Assembly: GCA_050084515.1 (NCBI GenBank)
Contig: CM114271.1
Location: 20,522,001-20,586,000 of the forward strand
Direction: 5' to 3'
Source: Blasia pusilla
Lineage: Eukaryota
Length of the DNA stretch: 64,000 nt
The translations under genes and the position numbers were made by a program. Below, piece by piece: positions 11,901 through 22,051 of this stretch. The notes under the pieces are model-generated. The model was not told the origin of the DNA, ran no database searches, and was given only the letters and a program-made list of their open reading frames with translations. How positions within the stretch are numbered: the stretch's first letter is position 1; each line of letters begins with the position of its first letter.

Positions 11901-12307
11901 CTAGGACGTGATCTGACTCTGTCTCCGTAAAGCTTCCACTATCGGGTCTTCACAATCTTTTTTCTCCAATCTACCTCTGGATTATACTGTTCCATCCAAG
12001 GCATTCCCAAGATAACATCATAACGTGCTAACCTAATGACCTTCATCTCCAACTCTTCCAGATACTTTCCTATCCTCAACTCTACCCTTCGAGGAAGTTT
12101 CTGAATCTTTTCTGTTTGCCCATTTGGTAATTCTACCTCTTCTTTTTGATCCCTCTCTAAAGCTAAGCCCAATTTCATAGTTATGGCTCTTGAAAGGAAG
12201 TTTTCTATTGCCCTAGGATCAATCAACACTCTAATTTGGGATCCTTCTACTTCCCCATCTATAATAATGAGACGTGTTTCTCCTCTCTTCAAACCATTTA
12301 CCTCCAC
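8940..12307 (-). pseudogene. Gypsy pol (protease, RT, RNase H, integrase, chromodomain), broken by stops and frameshifts
   Basis: LIDPRAIENF (degenerate protease), [32 protein letters not shown]...CRICQ, TAYHPQTDGQTER, and chromodomain EFEMERIL...YLVQWKGYPLFEATWEP. Confidence 0.95.
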
Positions 12308-12419
12308 ATGTTTGTGTCGACCCTCGCCTTTCCTCCTTTTGTTAGAACCATTATATCCGCGAGGCGCGATTACTGGTGGTTGGCATTTCCCTGAGGTCCA
12401 CCTTCTTCGTCATCTTCCT

Positions 12420-13391
12420 TCATATGCCTCCTTCAAGATGATTAAGGGGGCGAAGATATGGCCTATTTCCGAGCCTACGAAGACAACAATTCATGGCTAT
12501 ATGACCATATCTACCACACTCAAAACATTGACGTGTATCTCTTCGGACTTCGAATTCTCTCCCTCCTCTAGGAACCCTGACCCCGTCGGTTCGAGGAGCA
12601 TTCCCTTGTATGTTGGGGTTCCAATCTCTCTCCATTGGCACCCTTCCATTATACCTTCGCGGCGCATAACCATCTCGTGATCGAAGGTTACCCAACTCCA
12701 TGGGTGAGGGTCCGTAGTGGTTGTTCATGGAAGCAACCACCTCTCCTCCTCCCTCGTACACATTTGCCATACGTTGGGCACATGCAATTGCTTCATTGAT
12801 ATCTTTTGGGTTGTCTCGAATCACCTTTTGACGCACCTTCTTCTTCAAACCTCTCTTAAACAAATCGAGAGCTTCTGGCCCACTCATGTCGCGGATTTGT
12901 ATCTGCAAGTCACGAAACTCTTCGATGTAGTCCTCCACAGTTCCTTTGTGCTCCAATCGCCATAATTTCATTCTAGCAGTGAGGATTGGATCCACAGCTT
13001 GGAAATTTTGCAGCAGCCCTTGCTTCATTCCGCTCCATGTAATTTGTTGAGTTGTTTCAATCAAGGATCTCTCCCATCCTTGATACCATGTCAATGCTCG
13101 ATCGATTAACCAAGATCTTACGAACATCCCTGCAATATGATCATCAATGTTGAAAAGGGATAAATGGATTTCCATCCGAGTGATCCAACCCTCTAATATC
13201 CCCATGGCTCGACTTCCTTTGTACGGTTCTATCTTGCATGCCTTTGTCATTTTCAATATCAATGAGGCTTGAGCATTCATCTCCACCACTCTTTGTGCTG
13301 CTTGGGCCTCCAATGCTCGTGCCCTTAAGGTTTCGTCACTCTCCCCAAAAGTCACGACACTCATGGTTTCCGTCTCCATCCCACCTATCGG

Positions 13392-13453
<62 letters not shown>

Positions 13454-13565
13454 TTCTGACCGAAGCAACTTCTTGTGCTAATTCTTGGACTTGGTTTTCA
13501 CTTTGATCAAATGCAACTCTCAACTCTCTCAATTCACGAATCATATCCCTCAAAGTTTCTTCCAT
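12420..13565 (-). CDS. Gypsy gag (capsid plus CCHC zinc knuckle) with an in-frame (GA)n tract
   Basis: ORF from the first ATG at 13565; retrotransposon-gag region GTVEDYIEEF...FKRGLK, PSPMELG, CFECGRYGHIAMNC. Confidence 0.88.
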
Positions 13566-13602
13566 GATCGCTCCGACTTTCCCCTGACCCTTTACTATCA
13601 CT

Positions 13603-13803
13603 CTAATATAAGATCAAGATATACACCTGCCAATTTCGCACAATAGGGACTACAAAAGGCAGTGTTGACGCAATGACTTCATTATAATACTCTTGGCCAA
13701 ACTTCCTCACCATAAACTCTCTATATGCTATCTTAGGTTGACAAACCATATGGACTATACATCGAGTGTTAAAAAACACTTGTGGGGGCCTATTCAAATC
13801 CAT
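13603..13803 (-). CDS. Small 66-aa accessory ORF-B upstream of gag, unknown function
   Basis: Intact ATG-to-TAG ORF, MDLNRPPQVFFNTRC...TLPFVVPIVRNWQVYILILY. A gap-free homolog of equal length lies at 49986-50186 (34/66 identical by manual alignment). Confidence 0.7.
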   Translation of the reverse strand: MDLNRPPQVFFNTRCIVHMVCQPKIAYREFMVRKFGQEYYNEVIASTLPFVVPIVRNWQVYILILY

Positions 13804-13817
13804 TCCCCATATCTCCT

Positions 13818-14035
13818 CTAAAATAATATATAAATAGTGCAATCCTACACACGATCATATGTAACAATAGGAAGGATCATCGGATAGCGAGACTCCATCA
13901 CTTGCGTCATGAAAACTTCACCGAAATGATATACGAGGTATCTCGTGAACCAGTGTCTATCTACATATAAGAGTTTGATGTGAACGGATTAAGAAACGGG
14001 AAATTATGAGCCACTCTCGATCCCCCTCCATCCAT
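13818..14035 (-). pseudogene. Small ~72-aa accessory ORF-A upstream of ORF-B (one 1-nt deletion, one internal TAG)
   Basis: MDGGGSRVAHNFPFLNP/HIKLLYVDRHWFTRYLVYHFGEVFMTQVMESRYPMILPIVTYDRV*DCTIYILF*; colinear homolog at 49777-49979. Confidence 0.65.
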
Positions 14036-14195
14036 TACCTGCAAAACAGCCCTTCCACCTTACTCTACTTGCAGCTCTATAACCACTGCCAGCCTCTTAC
14101 AAACTATCTACTCTAAATAGTATATCATTACTTAGTCATCCTTCCAAGAAGGGTAATCCACTCTCGTTGGAAGAACAACCTTGCTCTGATACCAT

Positions 14196-14548
14196 TGTAA
14201 CTCTCCAGTTCAAGGAACCACTCTAGAATTGCTCAAAGGTAGCATGCCCTCAAGGCCTCTCCTCTTCCTTTATATACTTAGAGATAGGTACAATGAAAAC
14301 AAATTAGCTCTACCTATCATTATGCCACGTGTCCTACTCTCATAGCATGAGAGAATCTCCTTTGGAGTCTAATGTCCCAACCTCATCTTCCTCAACCTCA
14401 TCCTTATCTCCCTTTTCACCAACCTATGGCCCCACTCTCATCTTTATCTCATGTATCTTTTCTTTTCTCTTTTTGGTTGATTCTTTCCCACTTATGCGCT
14501 TCATGTCATAGATTCTAACTTAACTATGACTAACAAAAGATGGTTACA
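14196..14548 (-). repeat. Gypsy 5' LTR (353 bp)
   Basis: Adjacent to the PBS; carries an extra ttcctcaacctcatc unit. Confidence 0.95.
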
Positions 14549-16408
14549 CTAAGCCTATTCCACCTCTAGACTTGTATGTTGAGGGGAAGAATATGATTGT
14601 ATACCACCTGACATTATCTTCAACTTCCCCAAGTATTAGTGCAAGATTAGGAGAGGTCCTAGATTCATCAGTTAAATCTGTGAGTCCATTAACGGAAAGA
14701 GTACGCATTTAGTGTGTTGACACTCGAGTCAGGTGTCAAAGGCATCTACCTATGAACAATAACTTTATAGATCAAGTAGAGTTACACATCCAATTCATAG
14801 ATTCATAAATGAAGGTTTCCTTGTGACACATCATGCATATATGATGACTATCCTTCAAGAACAAGAACCGAGTTATTTTGAAGAAGCTGCAAGTAAAGTC
14901 GAATGGATTGAAGCTATGGAGGAAGAGCTTGCTGCATTAAGACATCAACAGACATTGGAGCTGGTTGATATACCTTCCAATAAGGAAGCTATTGGTTGCA
15001 AATGGGTTTATAAAATCAAGCGCAATCAAGATGGTACAATTAACAGATACAAAGCGAGATTGGTGGCTAAGGGCTATCCACAACAGTATGGTATCGATTA
15101 TGAGGAAACATTTAGCCCTATTGCAAAGATGGCGACTACGGGAACAGTGGTTGCAGTTACGATAAATAAGAAGTGGAGATTATATCACATGGATATTAAG
15201 AATGCCTTTTTGAATGGAGATCTATATAAGGAGATATGTATGACTCAACCACATGGATTCGAGCATCCCAAATTTCTATTTCGCGTATGAAGGTTGAAGA
15301 AAGCTCTATACGGGCTCAAACAAGCTCCAAGAGCTTGATATGGCAAGATTACATACGTCATACAAGAGTTGGGTTTTAGGGTATGTGATTCTAACTCTTC
15401 GTTATATGTCTTGAGAGGACAAGATCATACGATTCTCATTGTGTTGTATGTTGACAATCTCTTGATTATTGGGAGTACTGAAGAAATGGTACAACAAATC
15501 AAGCTTAAGCTACAAGCAGAATTTGATATAAAGGACTTGGGAGAACTCAAGTACTTCCTTGATATTGAGTTTATCAAGGTTGGAGAGATCATGTGGTTAC
15601 TACAACGACAATATGCTCTTCATATGCTTTCAAAATATGGTATGACGGCATGTAAGCCAATCTCTACATCGTTGGACCAGAGTATGAAACTAAGAGTGGA
15701 TGAAGGAGAGCTATTTGCAGATTCTAATGTGTACAAGCGTATGGTTGGAAGTTTAATCTATCTAACTATAACCAGACCAGATTTGAGCTATGTTGTTGGT
15801 CTAGTGAGCCAATCTATGCAAGCACCTCGAAAACCTCACCTTGATGCTGTGAGGAGGATTATGCGGTATGTGAAATTCTCTATTCAATTAGGGCTTTAAT
15901 TTGAACCTTCTTCGAGTTTTCAATTACAAAGATTCTTAAATGCTGATTGGGCAAGAAGCGTGTTTGATTGACATTCCACATCTAGTTATTCATTTACTTT
16001 GAGAAGCGTAACTATAAGTTGGGCTTCAAAGAAGCAGCCTATAGTTGCTTTATCTTCAATAGAGGCTGAGTATAGAGGAGCAACCAATGCAGCATGTGAG
16101 GCGATATGGCTTCATCGATTACTTGTTGAGATAAGTGTTAGTAACTTAGGACCTAGTATAAAATATGTAGACAATATTAGTAGCATCAAGCTTGCTAATA
16201 ACCTTGTGTTTCATGCTCGTACAAAGCATGTTGAAGTGCACTATCATTTTATCATAGAGAAAGTGCTTGCAGGAGAAATTGATCTTGTGTATATAGGTAC
16301 AGATCAGCGAATTGCTGACATCTTTACAAAGCCATTGTCTAGAGATAAGTTTGAGATGTTTAGAAATGATTTACGGGTTAGAGATATCAATATGAGCTTG
16401 AGGGGGAG

Positions 16409-16715
16409 TATTGAAGATTGAGTTACAATCAAGCTCATAAGACACCTAAACTACTATATTTGGTACTCACACGAAGTAGGGAAGCTTAATCTTGGTTAGT
16501 CACTTAAGCGTGATTATCTTAATTGGAGTTAGTTAATCACAATTAGTCTAACTCGAGACTAAGGCTAGGGTTAGGGTTGCTTGTACATACCCTATATAAT
16601 TGAGAAGAGGACCAGCCTCCACTTATTCTCTCATTGCAAATTTCATTCTCCATTGTGGTGTGTGTGTATGAGAGCCGTTTTCCACCAATTATGCTTGTTT
16701 AGCCATTTTTCCACA
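16409..16715 (+). repeat. Copia 3' LTR
   Basis: Preceded by the PPT, ends in CCACA and is followed by TSD CATAT. Confidence 0.95.
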
Positions 16716-16954
16716 CATATTTCCTTAATAGTCTAGGGATCTAAAACGGCGCTAGTGTGCCTAACAATCCTAACTGCCCCATGGACCCCAAACGAGACTC
16801 TAATCGGGACTCTATATCTAATCTATGTCACCACTTAAGGTCCAAGATTGGTATCCATAACCGATTTACCTCAACTTGGTTTGGTGTCAAAACCACGATG
16901 CCAATCGCTTAATCTATTATGTGCTCTTGATATGGGGCCCATCTATCATAAATG

Positions 16955-19730
16955 ATGTATACAGAAATGGATTACAAGACATGTGGCTTAGACTTATTGA
17001 TTATGGTGGGAGGTAAGACATGGGCCAGTGGGGCAACAAGAAGGGAGGGAGTGGAGGTGGGTGGAAGAAAGCAACAAGTAAGCACAAAACATAAAGACAA
17101 GTGGAGGGGGGAAAGAAAGGGGGAGATGGGGTCCATATGGATGAGTCTTTTCATAAGACGGACATAAGTCAATAGACGTGGACATGTCTAGGCATACGAA
17201 CTTTGTCGGTATGCAACCTTGAAGAGACAATGAGCTCCAAAATTTCCTCTCCTTGGATATACCCTTTCTCTCCCCCAAGCTCTCAACATGGTAACCTATG
17301 CTCATATGTTATCTCTTTGGCTTTTGACATATTGTAGGGTGTCAATGGCCAATTTCCAAGTGATAAGTCAACTATATTCGTAATACTAAGTTTCTCTATA
17401 TAGCTCTGAATTACCCAAAAAGAATGGGAAATCTATCCTCTCATGTTACTTGAGGGCCTCAACAGATCATCCTCCACATCTTGAGGCTATCCTTCAATTT
17501 TCTCAAAGGCACCCTACGAATATTTTTTGATCCATCTTAAAAGATATGACAACACATATGATATCGTATCTAGTGTATACGAGAGTGTATAGCATTCAAA
17601 ATCGCATGTTTTCCTTCATTAAAACTTGCTTCTCCTACTTGTACTTATTCATATAATTCCTCTATATCATAGAATAACTCTAGTTCTTGTAACTAAGAAT
17701 ATGAATGAAAGTTTTAGAAGTTCCCTTAGGCTATATCTCACTACGTATACTAGGGATAGAATTATCGAGACAACACCATTATGAGCCCATTTATGCCAAG
17801 AGAGGTTAGTTTTCCAATTCATTGGGATTTCTTGGTTACGAGTTGTAGTAGACATTATGAATATCCATTGAATTTTAATTAAAATCATAATATTCATCCA
17901 GTGTGTTATGTTTGTCACTCTATATTGTAACCCACAACATCCACTTTTTGCAAAGTCTGTATACTCCTAAGGATGTGGATCACAATATACTTCCACTTGT
18001 GAAGGGATAGACGATTGATGTAGAACCAATGCCCTACTTGTGAGAGAAAGACATAGGGTTCATCACTCTCTCGATCATTTTGTTGGTGGAAGAGTGTGTC
18101 GACTCTAAACATACCACAATCATCTATGATGATAGAGAGCCTTGAGCCCGAAGGAGCATCTGCTATCATTAGCACCATAAGGAAATCTCTTGGAAGGCAT
18201 GGAAGTCCACATTCTAATTTTTCCTAACACTCCAAAATATAGGAGGTTACCTCCGACAATGTTGTATCATGTTTGGATGCTCACAACTCTTGCTCAAAAG
18301 TGCAACAATATTTCCTTGTCTCAAGTGTGTATATGTTAGTACGCCCATGCCTTGATCCAAAAATATTGACCACCCCTTCGTAACTGTGTGATTGATAAAG
18401 TCTTAGTAAAAGGGAAAATTATTCTCTCCACAACATTAAGGTACAATGTAGGATAATCTTCCATGTCCTCTCCAACAAAATGTTGTTGAAGAATGTAAGC
18501 CATGCATATTTTGACCGGGGAAATCGCCCTCATGTTGTTATAATGGAGCATGCATCTCTCTCTTGGTCATTCTGACTCATGCAAAAGTTGTTCATATGAA
18601 AAAAATTACATTTTTGAGCAGCATCTCTCAATCAAATGTATTCTTGTAGAGGCCTTCTATGCTTTCTCTTTATTGTCATTGTCCTCCACCATCCCATATA
18701 CTTGTGTTATTGGTGCGGTAATGTGAAGACATCCCAACAACTTGGATGTGTAGAACATGACCTCGCCTAATATGTAGTTCTTTGCCATAATCCCCTCCAT
18801 TTGGGTTTGGTTTCTGATCAAGCTTTTCAATCCATACATGTAATGTTCCATAATATACATCCATCTACAATGTATAGTTTGACTATACCAACCTTTTTAC
18901 CTACATAGATGAGCCAATGATTTTACTTAGTCATGAATGAAGATGATAAGACCTCGCCAAGCGTATGAGAATCACTACGAGCTCCACCTCCATATGCCCA
19001 CAATCCTCAAGACGCATCTCCTTGCTACATACCCATCTAATCAATCCGAGAATCAATCAATACCTAGATAGGGTAAGAAAAAGCATCTTAGTTTCCCACA
19101 ATTGCATGAACATTTAGGATCTTCATTTCTTGTGTGCTTCACTAGAGTTAAGTGTTACTTACAACTCATTGTCATTAGGATCAATCTTGAATTCTTCTAA
19201 AAGTGCCTCTTGCTACAGCCTTCCAAATGACATGCAAATACTCAATTTGCAATCCTTCGATAACATGGCTGATATGTTGGAAATAAAGATTTTCACAATT
19301 AGATTGGGATTACAATATGTAGAGGGCTTAACCTCTTTCTTTGATGCTTGCTTAATTATGTGTTTAGGGATATCTCTTGTATGTTGATGGTTATGCCACT
19401 ATGTTGTAAGCAAGATTGCATATGCACAAAAGTCCGTGTCCGAAGACATGTCCATGTATGTGGACTTATGCTCGTCCTATCGAAGGACTTGACCATGTGG
19501 GCCCCATCTTCCCCTTCTTTCTCATCCACCCCATTTGCCTTTGTGATCCGCACTTTCGCATTTCTTCCTCCTCCATTCCCTCCCCCCTTACTGCACGTTT
19601 GCCATTGCTCTACCTTCCACAATAAACTATAAGTGTGGGCCCTACCTTTTGCAATTGATGTCCGTGGATATGTCCAAACTTGTCCGTCCATATCCGTCCT
19701 AGAGACAAACTTGTCCATTTTTGTGCAGTC
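16955..19730 (-). mobile_element. Decayed CACTA (En/Spm) DNA transposon with long imperfect inverted repeats
   Basis: Minus-strand transposase remnants WMYIMEHYMYGLKSLIRNQTQMEGIMAKNYILGE (~WMYPFERYM..LKxxVRN..xEGSIAxxY) and DEPYVFLSQVGHWFY (~DEPFILASQAxQVFY). Inverted repeats at ~16975-17220 and ~19410-19655; right end reads GACTGCACAAAAATGG on the minus strand. Confidence 0.75.
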
Positions 19731-19956
19731 ATTCTTGTAAGTGAAATGAATTTATGTTTTTCTATGAAGACGTGCATCGACTAAATTATTATGCTTGTAT
19801 TTTGACTTTTCTATTTTGAATATGTTTTTTTACATGAATAAATACAGAGTATGTAGGAAGATACAAGATGGGGATGTAGAGACGGAGTTGAGGGATGTTT
19901 AGAAATCTTGTGTCAAACTCTTTTTGGAGATGATATAAAAAATTAAAGGTAGTATG

Positions 19957-19959
<3 letters not shown>

Positions 19960-20006
<47 letters not shown>
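19960..20006. repeat. (AT)n microsatellite
   Basis: Pure AT run of about 23 units. Confidence 0.95.
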
Positions 20007-20007
<1 letters not shown>

Positions 20008-22051
20008 TTCACCTATATTCAAAAGACATTTTTTATTTCTTCCTATTTTCTTATTAATTTAATTGGTTCCATAGAGCTCATACAACTCTATCAAATCCTC
20101 TTTCCACTTGATGGCTATGCTTGTTGCTTATCCTCTTCCATGTTATTCTTATCTTGCATCTTTTGCTCGTCTAATTCTCATAAAATACAAAAATAAATAT
20201 TCTCTTCTTTACGAACATAGAGGTAATGGATGACTTTTTCATGTTTGTAGACTATACTAGTAGATTTTTTTATCTCCGCGATGCACTAGGTGAGACGATT
20301 GGAAATGAAAAGACTCACATAAGATGGATGATAATGAAGTTATTGGATATACAAGGAATTTATAGAGTTAAACATTAAAAAATATGACAATAGAAGAAAG
20401 ATAGATTTCTTTAATAATGCATCTAACTTGTTTTTTTTTTAAACTTCATTCTTTTCCATCATTAATTGAGGAAAAAATAGGTTCTTTCTTTTTTAATCTC
20501 CACATATCAATTTATACAAGAAAATGACTCATTTTGATAATTTTCCTAAAATAGAAGTAAAATTTTCTCCCAAGGAAGCTTGAAAGTTTAAATTAAGGTA
20601 AAAGAGGAGTTTTCTTTCATTATTTTGAAGAATAATTATTGTCATGACACTACGGTATTATTTCTTGTATTCATCTATTTTTGAGTCTTAGATCAATTTC
20701 TCTGGTATTCACAAATTTTGAGGCTTAGATCAATTATCTATGACTAAATCATATCACTAAAATATTTGTATGGTGTGATAAGCAAACAACAAGATATCAG
20801 TTAATCATAGAGTTTTATTTAGTCATAACTCCCATATGATGGATAATAGTCAAAAGATATTATATAAACAATTTTTGTAGGATTATAACATGTTTAATAT
20901 GATGCTATCCTACTTGTTAAAGTAAAATTTTTGTAGATTTATCTCAAATCCTACATTAATTATAAGATAAAGGGATCTTTAGGCTTTATTCATTGCAAAT
21001 TTTTTAATCACCACATGATGGTATTTTATCTATGTTGTCTCTTATTGAATCCAAATGAGATATTGCCAAATTAAAAGAGTAACACATCTAATACTTACAT
21101 TATTGAATATTGGTGGTATTCAATAAAGTAAGGGTGGCTCCTCTTTTCAAATCCAACACCATAATTACTCAATGTTGGTGAAGTAATTACACATAATGTC
21201 TCTACCTCTCCATGCTTAGAAGGACTTGGGGAGTAATCTTGCACTTGAATAATGAGGATGTGTTTGGTTCCACACTCACTACCTCATAATATTCCCTTCG
21301 ATTTTGTATGTCTCCATTTCCCCCCACAATCAAGGCTTGCCATAAGTTGGATGAGGATACACTTCATCCTAATATGGGTAAGATGTTACTTTTCATGATG
21401 TCCAACTTGGGGGTTTGGACCCATACTATTTGAGCTGCCTGTAATTTTGGTACAATTTTATGGCCCTTTATTTAAAGTGTATATTCCATACAATTACCAA
21501 AGTCTTATACTTTGGCCAAAACTAGTTACCACATGAAATATGAGGTTGCAAAGCTATGCCAAAAAATGTGTGTGCAAATGAACATCACTAGTGTTAGAGC
21601 TAATGGACATTAGTAGCATACAATTTTATAATGCTCTTGCTATGCATTGATGTATATTTTTGAATTACCTTTCCCAAATCTGCAATTGAATTGGAGATTT
21701 GAGCGATTCCATTGGAGAAAAATGACATGTCAAAAGAGAGATGATCTAAAAATAAAAGGCACTAATATAAATGTCATCCTCTTCTCGTACCTTTTCTTCC
21801 AACAAATTTTGGACATGATTAAAAGGGTCTCAAAAGGCTCCCGTAAAATTATGGCAGCGGTTGGCGTGGCCTCTTACGTAGGGAGGCCCAATTGACACCT
21901 CCACTTGTGCATTCGTTTCGCTTTTGTTCACACAGCGAGAGCTTGGCGCGACGAACAGAGTCTTCTCGTCTCGTCTCCAGGCGAGACTAGAGAGAAGGAG
22001 CAGAACTCCGCAAACACACGCGCCTGATTGTGAACGGGGGGAGTTTCATTC

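Larger units (their letters stand above)
8589..14548 (-). mobile_element. Ty3/gypsy chromovirus LTR retrotransposon nested antisense inside the copia pol region
   Basis: LTRs at 8589-8926 and 14196-14548, each TGTAAC...GTTACA; TSD CTAAG (8584-8588 and 14549-14553); PBS TGGTATCAGAGC at 14194-14183; PPT at 8927-8941; order gag-PR-RT-RH-INT-chromodomain. Confidence 0.97.
5470..16715 (+). mobile_element. Full-length decayed Ty1/copia LTR retrotransposon, interrupted by a nested gypsy element at 8589-14548
   Basis: 307-bp LTRs at 5470-5776 and 16409-16715; TSD CATAT (5465-5469 and 16716-16720); PBS tgatatcagagc (tRNA-iMet type) at 5777; PPT gagggggag before 16409. Domain order is gag (from 6281), protease WYIDSGASNHM, integrase, RT (YKARLVAKG, LYVDNLL), RNase H (ISWASKKQ, RTKHVEVHYHF). 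Many stops and frameshifts. Confidence 0.97.

Noticed and set aside
13804-13817. Shine-Dalgarno-like AGGAG before ORF-B
   Set aside because: Not conserved in the second copy, and the context is a eukaryotic nuclear retroelement.
19789-20196. ORFs rich in YI repeats
   Set aside because: Translations of the (AT)n microsatellite.
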